The translations under genes were made by a program, and so were the position numbers. The notes beneath the pieces are model-generated. The model had not been told where the DNA came from and did no database searches. It was given only the letters and a program-made list of their open reading frames with translations. This document shows, one piece after another, positions 39,201 through 53,432 of a stretch of DNA of 64,000 bases. The DNA lies in the NCBI GenBank assembly GCA_051294375.1, contig CM119264.1, positions 12,464,263 through 12,528,262 on the forward strand, given 5' to 3'. The DNA comes from Paraspadella gotoi. Lineage: Eukaryota; Animalia; Chaetognatha. Every line of letters starts with the position of its first letter. The first letter of the stretch is position 1.

Positions 39201-39786
39201 TGTTTGTGCACTTTCTGTAGTTTCGCATCAACGTTGGCTGACTTTTAGAGTAGTTCTGTATTTGAAATAACCGTTCAGGTTGTTTGGAGACAGGTTGGGA
39301 GGTTTATTTAGTCAACAGAAGCAAGTTGTGGCGGACGGATAAACGGAGAATAAAATGTTTGTTTCATAAAAACGAAGGTGTGAAATTAATTTCTTAATTT
39401 TCGCAGATTAAAATAAAAATAATCGTAAAAATTAAATCAATTAAATAGAACGCGTCCACACGCGGCGAAAGGTGTTTAAAAAACGTTGAACGTTCTAGAG
39501 GGCATGAACGACCTTGTCTCTCTCGTCTAAAGACAGGAGTTGTTAAAGTTAAAATAAGACGATACTATATGTGTTCCGTCACTTTTTTCCCCCCCTTTCT
39601 TCGCGGACTGCGCCATATCAGTAGGTCGTGAAAGAAACTGTGTTTCCTCGCTATTATTTGGGACCGACGTTCTCAGGATCGGGCGAGGTGGTCGTCCCGG
39701 TGGAGTCCGCGGGGTACGTTGGAAGCTTCAGTTCCGCGCGTGGGAACTGCTTCGGCAGTCGGCCGCCACGGGACGCGTGCAAAACA
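39201..39786. mobile_element. Solo LTR-like insertion, second (noisier) copy
   Basis: ATTGA(39196-39200)|TGTTTGTGCAC...GTGCAAAACA|ATTGA(39787-39791): TG..CA ends with short inverted termini and a 5-bp TSD. Confidence 0.75.
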
Positions 39787-40748
39787 ATTGATATAATTTG
39801 ACGAATTAGTTTAAACCCTTCCGCCCTTTCTCATTCTCCTCTTTCTAGCGATATCCAATCACAACTTATTCCCCTTCTTATTTTAATTGATATGAATATC
39901 TGTAAGACGACGCTGCGGGGAGTGCAAGGTTGCTGGGATCGATCTCCAGTTGTGTCAATAAATGGTGAAGCAGACGTAAAGACGAGAAAGAGGAGCCGAG
40001 AGAATCCTTTCTACAAAAACTTTAATATCTTAAGCCGGGGAAGATTGGAGAATACTCCAAGAAGAGAATCGAGAATCGAGAATAAAAAAAATATGTCGAT
40101 GAATCTCGAAAGTGGAGGACGGTGAACAGGCAAAGCGTCATTCTTCCACGTGAATAATTCTGCTTTCACAGACAAAAAGCGAGAAGAAGAAGAAGAAAAA
40201 AGAGAGAAAAAAGAAGTAAAAAAAAACAAGAAAACTCCTTTTCTTTTCTCACCAAAGAAAAGGAGAGACAAGAAAAAGAGATTAAGAATAAAAATTGTGA
40301 GGGAGAAAAATAAAATGAAGGAAGAAGGTTTGAAAAAAAAAATAAAAATAAGAAAAAACAACAACAAAAAAAGAGAGAAATTGGGAAAAGCGATGGAACG
40401 AAAAAAAAAAAAAAAAAAAACACGGGCGAAGAAAAACAAAACGAAAGGTGAAAATAAGAAAAAACAAAGAAAAAAGAGAAGGAAATAAGGGGGAAGAAAA
40501 AATGCTCACGAACCGAAGAAAGTATTTGCGGATTAATCGTAAAAAGAAAGGAAGTTGGAAGGAAATAAAAAAGGGGAACTCGGGGGGGGGAAAGGGGAAG
40601 ATATCGACGTAAAAAAAGGAGGAAAAGGAGATTCACAAAATGTGGTCGTTTACCCGCCATATTTGCAATTCCTTCAAACCAGGGCGTCTCTCCTTTGCAG
40701 TCACTTTCTCTGGTTTTTTCGGTGTTTTCATCAAGAATTTTCTCTCTT

Positions 40749-40805
<57 letters not shown>

Positions 40806-41693
40806 CCTTAGTATCACTTTTCTATCCCTGCCTCTCCACTGTCCAACTGCCGCAGTCCAATCATTATTCTATAATCGCCGGACCTTCAAAGCTTCAAAGA
40901 AAAAAAAAGGGAAAAAGTGAATAACTTTACTCTCGTATTCGCCTCACGAGAATGGTCACGTGGTTTCGGAACGAGATTGGTCACGTGATTGACCGAGAAA
41001 GCGATTCGCTTCACGAGATTCTTTCTTTATCTCAGTCGAGTTTCAACGTCAGTCCGATCCTCTTCCCTATTTCTCCTCCTCATCGAGATGTCTCAGTCTC
41101 TTCTTCTCTATGAGAACCGCATCAAACTGTCGATCAGGCGATCAGTCGATTTGGTCGATCAGTCGATCGGGTCGTTCAGTCCATCAGTTAATAAGTCAAT
41201 TCAGTCGATCGTTGCGATCAGTCGATTGGTTGATGAGTCGATCACTCGATCAGCCGATAGTCAATCAATCGTTTCCGTCGAGCCGCTCGCAGCAGTTTAA
41301 TAATTTCCTACGCTACAAACCAATAACAATGTTTAATTTTTTTACTCACAAATTCACGTTCTGACAAAAAAAAAATCTATTTTTTATCAAAAGTTATAAT
41401 TTTAATATCCATATAAACGTTTTCTCGCATCAATCGCCTATTCGAATATGCGTATAAAAAACGCAATTCTCACATTGAAGGTACTCCTCGTTAAGCTAAG
41501 CGAGTTGTGAAAGATATTCCTTCCATTTACATTTTCAACTGCCCCACTTTTTACGACTTTTCCTTCTTCCGTTCACTCACCCCGTCCTTACCCTCCTTAC
41601 GTCTCGCCCTCGCTTCGCCGAAGCTCACCTCACTCACGATTTTCCCATTTGCGCACCTGACCAGATTTAATTTCATCTCGAGGAAGGAAAGAG

Positions 41694-41734
<41 letters not shown>

Positions 41735-42631
41735 AGACGACGATAACGTTGAAAAGGACGAAGACGGAGACGACACGGGCGACGTCGCGATGGCACAGGA
41801 TCATAATGACAAAGACGACAAAGTGGATGACTATGAAAATGAAAACGATTCGAACTATGCTGACGACATTGACAAAGGACAATGACTTAAATTAAGGCAA
41901 TGAGAACGACGAGGATGACGAAGACAAACATGTCGACGACCAAGACGAGAACGCGAATGACGACGACGATGATGACGACAACGACGACGACGCTGTCAGG
42001 ACTCGAGAGATCACAAGTTTTTGCTGAGTCGTCGTTGTTTTAGTCGTCGTCGTCTTCGTTGTTGGATTGTTGTCCTTGTTCGAGTTGATGTCGTCGATGA
42101 GCGTCGTCGTCGTCGTCGTCGTCGTTGCCGTCATTAGCATCGTTGTAGCGCTCGTTGTTTTGCTGAATAATGAAGAAAAAAAAAAGAGGACAGGAAGAAA
42201 AGAAGTTTCTAAATTTCTAGACCGCGCTTGCGCACTTACCTTTACCAATTGAACCGTAACCATTTTTTTGTCTTTATTCATTTCTCTTCTCTTCCTATTC
42301 CTTCCCTTCAAGGACTTACCTAGCTTTACCCAAACTTACCAGAATCTCTATCCTTCAGTCTTCTCCGAAGACTCTCAGTTTCCCTTTCATCCCTGGGGTG
42401 CAGCATCTCTCTGCTGATCTAAAAAAGTCACACGCCCGGTTTCTCCTAATCCTCTTCACCTTTTCACCCCTCGTCTTTCAAACCCCCAACCCTTGCAACG
42501 CACCCCCAAGCACTCCTCCCTCCCAACGCCCCTTTATGGTTTTAGAGTTTCTTTATTCCCTTCCTTGACTCACGGTCAACGTTATATCCTACGCATAATC
42601 GTTAACTTTTTTTTCCTTCTCTTTCCATCTT

Positions 42632-42744
<113 letters not shown>

Positions 42745-43254
42745 CCCTAACTGTGAGTCGAAGAACTCGTTAGAGACGGTAATTCACGGCAGAGATTCGC
42801 GTACATATCTTTCTCACGGTGAAAGCGCCGTCCCCGTCCGTTCGTAGTTCATCGTCGTCGTTAAATCGTCTCAGTCATCGTCGTTCGTCATCGTCACGTT
42901 CGTCGTCTCAGTTTTCGTCGTCGCTTCTCGTCCGTTTTAACAATTTGCATTTAAATTATAATTTCACGAATTTTAAGTTACATCCTCAGAATAAGAGAAA
43001 TTGAGTCTTAAAATCCATTTTAAAATTTAGATGACGAAATTGAGCTGCGGATATTTTTAGCAAAAGTGGCATGGGAATGTTTGCCGGTGGCAACAAAGAC
43101 GCTCAACTTAAATTAAAGCGAAAACTACTAATCACTTCGGGACTTGCCAGCATAACGACCAAAGTTGCCAGCAATCTCCTTATTTCTTTCGATTTGTCTG
43201 CCAAACGAGGAAGAGACTTCGAAGATGCGTGGCGAACTTTTGACCTCAAGCGGG

Positions 43255-43294
<40 letters not shown>

Positions 43295-43462
43295 GAGAGA
43301 GAGAGAGAGAGAGCAGAGATGAGAGAGAGAGAGCAGAAGACGCTAATTTGAAGAAATAATCGTATCTTAACGTTAGTCATAATCCAGCCGGCGCGGACGA
43401 GGAGAGAGAGTTGCTTCGGCGTCGTTGGCGAGAATGGTCGACACGGATGTATACATCGACTC

Positions 43463-43511
<49 letters not shown>

Positions 43512-44710
43512 CTCTCTCTTCTCTCCTCTGACGGGGCACACGACAAGGAATAGGGAACCAGAACGACGGACAACAACGACAACCACCACCTATTTACAGA
43601 TTGTCATGCCTCCGGCGACAAAACCTAAATTGTTTTGCGTCTCCCGCTTTTGCCAATCGTTTATTTTCCTTTAGTCGTCAGAAGGCGACAAACAATGGAA
43701 GAGGCGAGGTTGAGTCCAGGGTGAGGTTGAGGTGAGTGTGGGTGGGGCTGGGTGGCGCTTGGGTGAGATTGGACGAAGACACGAGGAAAAGGTCAGAGAG
43801 GAAAAGAGAGGAGAAAAGGAAGAAAAGAGAGGAAGTAAAAGAAAGTTAAGGGATGGAAAAATGGAATCGGGAACCCAAGAGTCTGAACGATCACGCGGAG
43901 ATGATGCAAGGATCGAGCGATTTATTACAGTGCACTGCTTAAAAATGTGTAAATGAATAACTTTCAAGATAAGTAAAAAGATTACTTATTATGCTATTGT
44001 GATAATTGTACAATTACATTAAGGTGAAATTTACATAGGCTGAAAAAAAGTGGAGAGTATTACACCAAATGTGTGAGAAAAAAATCCTCAAAAATAACAT
44101 AAGAATTTAAAAAAATCACAAGAGAAAAAGAAAAATAAAGATATGAAAAAGAAAAAAAAAAGAAAGTTGCGCAAAGTTCTCGTTGCGCGCAAAAGCGAAA
44201 AAGGTCATTCGCTAATCGCATCGATTTTGCACGACCGATCGCGTCCAATCAAAAGATGATAAAAATGAAAGAAAACTATGCAAAGAGCGAATGAAAAGAA
44301 TAAATTATGTATAGAATAAAATACGCGTTTTGAATTAAAGATTGAATAGCGTCACTCGAGGAACAAAATCATGGACTTTGGATTTCGGACTATGAAGATA
44401 ATAAAAGCAAAGAAAAATAGTTATGAGTTTTTTTTTCCCTAAATTTCAAGAGTTAAAAAGAGTTTGTTTGTTACAAACTTTAAAATTACTGGAAACTAAC
44501 GAGTTCTCGTCGCTCCGAACGACTGAAACGGGGAAATCGTGAGGGTTGGGCGAGTCTCGAGTCGGAGTGGTGTGGCTGTCGCTGGCGTGCAATGGTCGGG
44601 TTGGCGAGGCCTTCGGCGTTGGGGCGAAAGTCATAGGCGTTCTAATAGCTGCTGCTCATCCTTTTTTTTTGTCCGAAGGGAAAAGGCGAATCCGTTGGCG
44701 CCGGAAGGAA

Positions 44711-44785
44711 GGGGGGAGGGAAGAGGGGGGGGAAGCGGGGAAGTGCAAGGGGGAGGGGCGAGGGGAGAGGAGAGGTTGGGGGGGT
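44711..44785 (+). other. G-run cluster with G-quadruplex potential
   Basis: At least eight runs of 3 or more G within 75 bp; the matching position in the duplicate copy is an N gap (57862-58085). Confidence 0.55.
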
Positions 44786-46153
44786 TGAATTGGAAATGAT
44801 TGATCAACACTGCGTCTTTATTCCGATTATGAATAGCATCTTCACTTCACGGTTTCTCTCCATTATCTTTTCTCCCCTCCGCCTACTTCCCTATGAAATC
44901 TGTAAAACCAATATAAAGTATATACTGACTGGTCGTTGGATAGGGACACTATATTTTACCTTTTCTTTCCTTTTTTCCTTTCCACCCCTTTTCCCCAAAC
45001 CTCATCAGTTTCGAACTTTCTTTAATCTATTTTTTTTATCTTCTCTTTCCCATCCCCTCTAGAAAGCATCAGCCGTCAGCCCCTGGCGCGAAATATTACA
45101 GAGACTTAATGGTTATGATCCATGCCGTCTGGCAACGACCGTTGCAATCGCCACCACCATCTGTAGTCTTCGCACCATTTGCAATTACCCCTCTGTAGGC
45201 TTTTCCGTTCACTTAAGCCTTCGGATTTCAAAATGAAATCCTGGCTAATTTCTGTACACTTTGATTCGACATTTTTATTTCATCAGCTTAATTAACTTCG
45301 AACATCATCCGAAGATATCGAAGAAGCTGCGAGCAACGCTGATATCCAATCAAGGAATTTCATATTTAGAGAACCATTATAAATGTTAAATGATGGGAAG
45401 GACCTTATCAAAAAAACTTAGATTGCAAACGATTGACGAAGACAATTCATTGAATCTACAAATGAAAAAGAACCGCTCAAGAAGATGAATTAAAATTAAC
45501 TAACAAATCATTAAATAAACAATATTTTTATTTTTACACCCATCTTCTATCGAGGCTCCGGAGATATAATTCACGAAATATTTCGCTGAATGCCGCTTAA
45601 AAATCGTAATGTTTTTCTATTCTCAAGTTAATAGTTAATTACCGCTTTTAACGGGCGTTTATCTCGAGGGGTTGTGTGGAAGGATGTCCGTAGGAAAAAT
45701 GACTTCGAGTGGATGGGAACAATCATCGATGCTGAGTTGGAGAAAGAATGTGTGAGAAAGTAGAAAAGTTGAAAGGCCAATGTATATTTTGTGATTATTG
45801 AAAGCTGTTTAAACCCAGTATCTGAACATATTGAAAAAAAAAAAACAACGACGTATTATCTTGAAGAAAAACGGAAAGGTAAAGAATTTTGACTACGAAA
45901 GTGGTGAATTTAGGAAAAGGAATTTGAGGAAGGGAAATGTTGGATAAACCTGAAGAAGTTTATTACGAGAGATAGAAAGGAAAACGGGACTAGACAGAGT
46001 CGGGGAAGAAGGGCTGGATTAGCGGAGAGGAAGAAAAAAAAAAAGGCGGAGGCGAGAAAGATTGATATGAATCTCAGCTGAGAAAAGATTGGTGACGAGG
46101 AAGAAGCTGATACGGATAATGAGTAAAAGAGAAGGAAAGAAGGAGGAAGAAGA

Positions 46154-46208
<55 letters not shown>

Positions 46209-46744
46209 AGAGAGAGAGAGAGATAGAGAGAGAGATGCTTTGAGGTTTTTGGGCGCCACGTGGACTAGATCGAGAGATTTTCGGTTATCAAATTTCATCG
46301 TTTTCTCTCGGGAAAAATTTTAAAGAGAGAAAGAAAGAAAACGTTTAGGTAATTCCCAGAGTGAATGAAATTACCGGGTGAATTCGATAAAAGTTCAATA
46401 AACATTCAGTTAAGAAATGGAGAGCCTTTTGAGTGTTCGTTAGTGTAAGTTGAACTCGAATGGCATATTAGATTATTATTAAGATATAGTTATTCTATAG
46501 TTATGATCAAACATTGATCTTTTAAATAAATTATTTTAAATCTCGTAGTGTCGTAATCTCGTAATTTCGTTCTAATCATAATGAGAGGAAATTATTTTAG
46601 TCGAAAACTGCGAAAGTTTTACGAAAAATGAAATTTCTCATTGGCTAAATGCAAGATTAAAAACGAGAAAGTCGATTCGCTGAAGCCTTCCGCTGCACTT
46701 ACTGAGATTTCAACATGGATTTTCTTCTTTCTCTCTTCTCTCTT

Positions 46745-46807
<63 letters not shown>

Positions 46808-46927
46808 CACAATCCTCAGCCCACGCTTCTGAGGTTGAGCAACGAAACCAGATCTCATACATCAAGCCAGAAGAGAGAAAGAGAGAGAGAGAGAGGATTA
46901 ACAGGTAAGATGAAGTTTCTTCTCTCT

Positions 46928-46980
<53 letters not shown>

Positions 46981-48679
46981 TTCTCTCTCTCTCTTTATTT
47001 TTCGCTTCTTTTTATCACTCTCCAACCCTCCACCTCAGGATCATGAATATGAAACCAAGTCAACCTTTTCATCTCAGTTTAAAGTAGATCGTTGCCCTTG
47101 TCTTTGTATTATAGTGAAGAAAGGAAAAGGTAAAAAATGAGAATAAGAGAGTCACAAAAAATGTATCTATATTTTCCATTAGACAACCTTTAGTAACAAA
47201 AATATCTTAGGCAGTGACTGTTTTATCTTTTGTTTAATGAATTTGAAGGCATCAACCCATTCCTTTTTGTCCTCTACTAATACTAAGTAGTATCAGGACA
47301 CAAGACTCCTTTACAAGAGAGGGTAAATACTTTGGTTCCAAGTCGGGCTTCGAAGAAGAATTTATATCTTTGACCAATTTCTGATTAAAACATTAATTTA
47401 TCAACTTATATCAAAATTTTTTTGTATAAACGTCTTCTCTCGTAAACTCCCCTTCTCGCGCCCGTGGCGATGACAAAAAAAAGTTTTTTACATCGTCTGA
47501 AAGTGCTGAGTTCTGGAGTTAACTGCGAGGTTAACTTTCTCGACATGCGTTTTCTTTCTCTGGAATTTATGTGTTATTATCACATTTGCTGAGAAGACCT
47601 TTTTCTTCCATAGGTTTACTTATTTTCTTTTCCTTTTTTTTTTTCCTTTCCGATTTTTTTATCTTCTAGTTTTCGTCATGTTTTTTTTCGCAAGGTGAAT
47701 AAAACAAAAGTCAATTTTTTCACTTCTGTTTCTCGACAAACATCGAGTCATAAGCAACAAATTTTGAAAAGTTTCATAAGATCGATAGAAAACTTATCTT
47801 GTTACAGTTCAAGTTTTTACTTTATTTTTATCTTTTAGACAGAGCGGAAGACAGATAGTCAGTTTTTATTTCCTCATTATTTATTAATTTTATAAATTTA
47901 TATTTCATGTTCACGATTATCGAGATTCATGGTTTCGTTTTTCTCGTCGACAACTAGCATCAGTCATCGTGAATTATCTTACACATTGAACCAACTCGAG
48001 ACGAAATTAGCCAGGATGTCCATCTATCTTTATTTCTTTTCTCTTTTCTTTTCCTTATTATTTCTTTCTTTCCCTTTTTTTCCCTGATTTCTTTCCCCTC
48101 CCTTAAATCACCTTTCTTATCGCTTGACCTCTTCAGTTTCGCTTCGTTTCATCCTCAATCAATCTCATTTCTCTGCCTCATTTTTTCCTTTTTTTTGTTC
48201 TCTCTCCATCTCGCTCCCTAACTCTCTTTCTAATTCCACCGTTTCAATCTACCTACTCTCTTCTTTTCCCTCCTTTCCTCATTCGCAAAATCCATCTCCA
48301 TCTGTTGCAACGTGATCCAGCGGCGCCGACGGAATTGCGGCCAGAAATGTAAGAGGAAACGTATGATTTGATCTCCTAATCTCGGCCGTTATGCTTTCGC
48401 TGAGGCACACTGATACTTTCCGTTTCCAACCTGATAATCATTTTTTATTAGTTCCTCTTCTCAGAATATATCCGACAGCCAAAGTCCATACCTCCGCGGC
48501 CTATTTTTGATGTATCAAAAATAAACCGTTCACCAAAGTTAACTTGGCTTCCCTTCAATTAGTAATTACTTGACTTCATATTTGATAATTAAATTTCATG
48601 TGGATTTAAATTTTCATAATCTGCTCTTACATCTGTTTTTAATAATTTTACACATCTCTACCTCAGCCTCTAATTCGGT

Positions 48680-49145
48680 TTCTATCCGCCTCTCACTTCT
48701 GCCTCTCACTTCCGCCTCCACTTTGCCTCCACTTCCGCGTCTCACTTCTGCCGTCTACTTCGAATATATTGCAACTCCACTTCCCTCCCACTTCCCCTCC
48801 ACTTCCGCCTCTCACTTCTGCCTCTCACTTCCGCATCTATGCAGCCTCCACTTTTGCCTCCACTTCCGCCTCTCACTTCTGCTCTCACTTCCGCCTCCAC
48901 TTCACCTCCACTCCGCGTCTCACTTCTGCCTCTGACTTCCGCATCTATTGCACCTCCACTTCTGCCTCCACTTCCGCCTCTCACTTCTGCCCTCTCACTT
49001 TTCATTCATTTCAGCCTCCACTTCTGCCTCATTTCAGACTTCACTCTGCCTACCACTTCTGCCTCCACTTACGCTCCACATTTCAGACTTCACTTCTGCA
49101 ACCACTTCCGCCACCTACCATGCATCCACTTCCGCCTCCACTCCC
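48680..49145. repeat. 12-13 bp minisatellite (CCTCCACTTCCG / CCTCTCACTTCTG)n
   Basis: Alternating unit variants; duplicate at ~62065-62555. Confidence 0.9.
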
Positions 49146-49338
49146 GACCCCGCTTTTCAGATTTCTGATGTTCGTCTGCCTTGAACGCAGATAAACGATC
49201 TTTGATATAAAGAGTCCATCAAGAGAGGAGAGAGAGAGAGAGAGAGAAGAGAGAGAGAGCAAATTCCCTCAGTTGTCCCGGTTTTTGCTTAGCTAAGCAA
49301 TAGAGCTCAGAGAGAGAGCGCAAGAGAGAGAGAGAGGA

Positions 49339-49369
<31 letters not shown>

Positions 49370-50330
49370 GGACGTGGTTGGAGAAACTGCGGACATACGT
49401 AACATCAATCAAAGCCTCGGATTTCTCAAACGACCGAAGACGCAAAAGGGAAACAGCTTTTTGGGTTTTTGGCTTTTAGATTTTTCGGGGCAAGGAAGAG
49501 TTGGCTTTTTGGTAGACACGCGAAAATAGTAGCTAATTAATTGATGTACAAATTTATATATGCAGACATAGTACTTAAAGTTACAAACGTGTGTTCATTC
49601 AAAAATGAAATTTTATTTCTTTCATTCAGTTCACTGTTTACTACTTGTGTTTTAATTTATTTTACATTTACTATCTAGGAAAAAAGTTTATCACATGTTA
49701 GTCGAGGATATCTACTGAAAAAAATCAGAATGTTTCTGATCTACATTAAATTTTTTTCAGTAGCTCCTTCCATTTTTTGTACTTCTAATTGTTTAGAAGT
49801 TACTGGCAAAAAAGATTGCTACTTCAAATGGAAAATTGCAAAAAAAAATCATTTTTAGTTTTCTTAAATTTTAGTATTTTAGTTACTTGTTTTTATTTTA
49901 AATAAATTAATTATTTTTTTTATTTTTTATTTGGCAATGCTAAAGTATTGCACCGTATTGGTAAAAAATGCTATTATAACTCTCAAAAATGAGGGTAAAA
50001 GCGCAACATCAACTTCGAGAATTAAGAGAATCAAGAATGTTCCAAATTTACTTGTTGAATTTTTTTCAGTAGCTACATTCCATTCTTCCGTTTAGAAGTT
50101 ATAGGCAAAAAAAAATATTGCTACTTCAATAAAAATGGCAAAAAAATATTTAGTTTTCTATCATTTTTAGTATTTAATTATTTTGTTTTTATTTCACTCT
50201 TATACCTCAATTTGCTGTACGAGAGCCAAAGGAGAGCATACCCAAATATTAAAATGTTTTACCCATGTTTTATATATTTTAATTAGAGAAAACAAAGTTT
50301 GTTTGTTTGATAAAACGATTTTTATTTACA

Positions 50331-50376
50331 TTGGACACGTTTCGGCTTTTGCTTTAAGCCTTCATCAGCGTTTCTC
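50331..50376 (-). ncRNA. Minimal type-I hammerhead ribozyme motif (second locus)
   Basis: Minus strand: gagaaacg CTGATGA a GGCTT-aaagcaa-AAGCC GAAA CGTG TC caatgtAAATAAA; intact core, 5-bp helix II, GUC triplet. Confidence 0.75.
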
Positions 50377-50837
50377 TATTTATACACAACGAAAAAAAAG
50401 GAAATAATATAATATATTTTTAATTAAATAAATAAACTTTTCACATTTCAACTGAAAGGATAATAATATAACAATATGTGATATACTTTTTTCCGAGATA
50501 GTAAGTTATTCATTCTCATTTTATCTGCTGTTTATTCTCATTCGCCGGCTTGAGGATCTCCCCGTCATATGACGACCGATCGAGACCGAACCAAAGACCT
50601 TCACGACCGACGGACGGACGGACCGACGGACCGATGTACCGACGACCACGGACAGCCAGACCGGATCAAAGAAAAGAGCGAAGGAAATGAGGGAAATCGA
50701 GACGAGGATTTCGACAGTTTCCCGTTTATCTTCCTTTCTTTTTTTCTTCGTCATTCAAATGTAATAATCCGCCGAAACTCTGCCAGCGTTTTCGCCTTAT
50801 TTATTTCCGGTTATCTTTCATTGTCAACAAAGTCTTC

Positions 50838-50897
<60 letters not shown>

Positions 50898-51278
50898 TCT
50901 CTTTCTCTCTCTCTCTCGCTCTCGTTAATCTTTTCCGCGGCGACGCTCCATTTCTCAGAGTCACTTCCTTCGGACGTGCGCAGAGAAGTAGGCGCAAGGA
51001 AGCGAGCGGCGTCGCGGCGCCGCATTTGGAATCGAAGGCTGTGGCGCAGAGAAGTTGCGTGAAGTGGGAAGGAATCTCGACGGTAAAGAGTATGAGAGGA
51101 AGGTGATTCGTCGACTCTTCGTCACGCGGAAGAATTGACCGTGACAAAGATGTTCGGTGAAAAGACTTGGCTAATGAAGGCCATTTGAGTATAATGTCTC
51201 ACGGACACATTTTCAACCGTGCGCAAAGAATTAAGAGAAGGGAAACTAAATAAAAAGGCATAATAATATAATAATAAT

Positions 51279-51326
51279 AATCATCATCATTATCATCATA
51301 ATCATCTCATCATTATCATCAGCATT

Positions 51327-51403
<77 letters not shown>
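51279..51403. repeat. (ATC)n microsatellite
   Basis: Long ATC run. Confidence 0.95.
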
Positions 51404-51404
<1 letters not shown>

Positions 51405-52136
51405 GGGACATTGCTCCCCTGTCAACTGTTGCGTAAAAAACAAACAAACAAAATAAAATTCAATTCAATTACGCCATCAGAGTCTTTGGTCATCGTTTTT
51501 TTCCGTCACCATGGCAATGAGAAACTTTCGTCGTCATCGTCTTGTTATTGCCTCCTTTTCAAGCGTGCGTAAAGCATAAGGAGCAAAGCATAAAGAAAGA
51601 AAAGACATTCATCCTCTCTTGTCACGGTGTCTTTCTTGCTCGACGTCGTTGCTCGAGACTGCAATAACCGGGGGTAACCCCCCGGTTCATGGTTCACCGC
51701 ATTCGTTGGGGCCATCAATTTCGGCATCGGAAAGTTTAATGACGTAAGCAAGTTCGATCGTTCGATCAATCAGCTCGCATGTCGCAATCCGAATTCATGC
51801 ATAATATAATTAATAGCTTGTAACTAAATGCTATAATTATCTTGATTTTATTTGATTTTAATCTCAAGGTTTCGCGAATTCACGGATCCCCCCCACCTAC
51901 CCTGCCCCCACTCGATAGCCCAGACGCGCGGACGTGAATGACGCCCGCCACGCCCTTATTGCCGTTCTCGTCCATGCCTTGTCGCTCATGGAATTGATGC
52001 GGGGATCTCGGCATTGTGCGAGCGGAATCGCCTTGGATGGCATCGGACTGTTATCACATACATTGCAACAACAATCCAGTGTCCACGATTTAAGTTCTCT
52101 GCAAAACTCTCTCGGGCCTTTCTCTCTTCTCTCTCT

Positions 52137-52189
<53 letters not shown>

Positions 52190-52706
52190 CTCTCTCTCAT
52201 TCACACACACATTAAGTCTCGTATCTCTTCGTTTCAGTGACCAGAAACCGAGTCCCAGGACTAATCTTTTCTTCCCTCTCTCACACAGAAAAAAGTCAGT
52301 AAGTGTAAATTCATGAGTTTATGTACATGTATGGAAGTAAATATAATTTTTTTTATATAAAGTTGTGTACCATGAGAAACTGTTAATATTCATAGATAAC
52401 GTACTTCCGCGTAAAAATGCGATCACGGTATAACTAAGGAATATTAGTAATACTTAGTTGAGTGATAAGATACATTAAACACTGGTTGTGCAATGTGCAC
52501 AGTTCCTGTAATAATTTTAACAATAATTGATCAAGTCATAATATGCTTGTTTTGCATATGTTTATAGTTGAGTTGTCACGTGATATCCAGAATACGCGCA
52601 CAAAAAATCAAGCGGCGCACTACTTTCAACGTGCCGTTTCTAGTTAAAAATAGATCTACATTTGCTTTTTTAAAGTTCTAGAAAGAAAAAGTTGACCTGA
52701 AGTAGG

Positions 52707-52801
<95 letters not shown>

Positions 52802-53354
52802 CAAATCCAATCTCTCTCCCGATACAAAGGGATCAAGATACCATGACCAACCGCAAAGAGCATCGGGCTTCAGGGACTAATCCCGTTTTGCCTTTAAAAA
52901 CAAACGGAGAAAGCCGAAGAAAGAAGAAAGCTGAAAAAAAGCAAAAGAAAGCAAAAGGCGAAAAGGCGAAACGAATTGTGAATTTTCTTTTTTTCACGGT
53001 TCTTAAGGACGCTCAGCTTTTGAAATAACTGTAGGATGATTGAATGTAAAGAGCTCTTGCTGCTCTCAGCTCAGTTTCTTCACTTTAGGTAAGCCAAGGT
53101 TATTTTTTAAATAGTTTAAAAAGTGTGTAATCTTTGTTAACGAACGACGCTAAGCTACTGACAATTTAAAAAAAGAAATCCTTTTGAAATATTCGAGTTG
53201 ATTTCCGCATCTAAAATTGCGAAATACTTTAAACCGTCTCGGCTCACGTCACAAAACAAAACGAAAAAAACTCGCTGATCTCTCATTAATGGATTGTGCC
53301 GTAATTTTTCAGGCTTGCTCTGCCTAATCATTTTTTTTTATCTCTAATCTTGAG

Positions 53355-53432
<78 letters not shown>

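Larger units (their letters stand above)
42745..50600 (+). repeat. ~7.9 kb segment duplicated at 56031-64000
   Basis: Colinear from CCCCTAACTG...TCGAAG through the minisatellite and hammerhead to GACCGATCGAGACCGAACCAA. The second copy begins immediately after a 25-N gap (56006-56030). Confidence 0.92.

Noticed and set aside
48570-49194. Pro/Ser/Thr-rich ORFs, and a possible CRISPR-like array
   Set aside because: This is a 12-13 bp minisatellite open in several frames, with no unique spacers and no cas genes, in a eukaryotic context.
51246-51443. Poly-Asp ORF
   Set aside because: Pure (ATC)n microsatellite read on the minus strand.
51666-51687. GC hairpin AACCGGGGG-TAAC-CCCCCGGTT as a terminator or Helitron end
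   Set aside because: No U-tract, no downstream CTRR and no associated element; an isolated palindrome.
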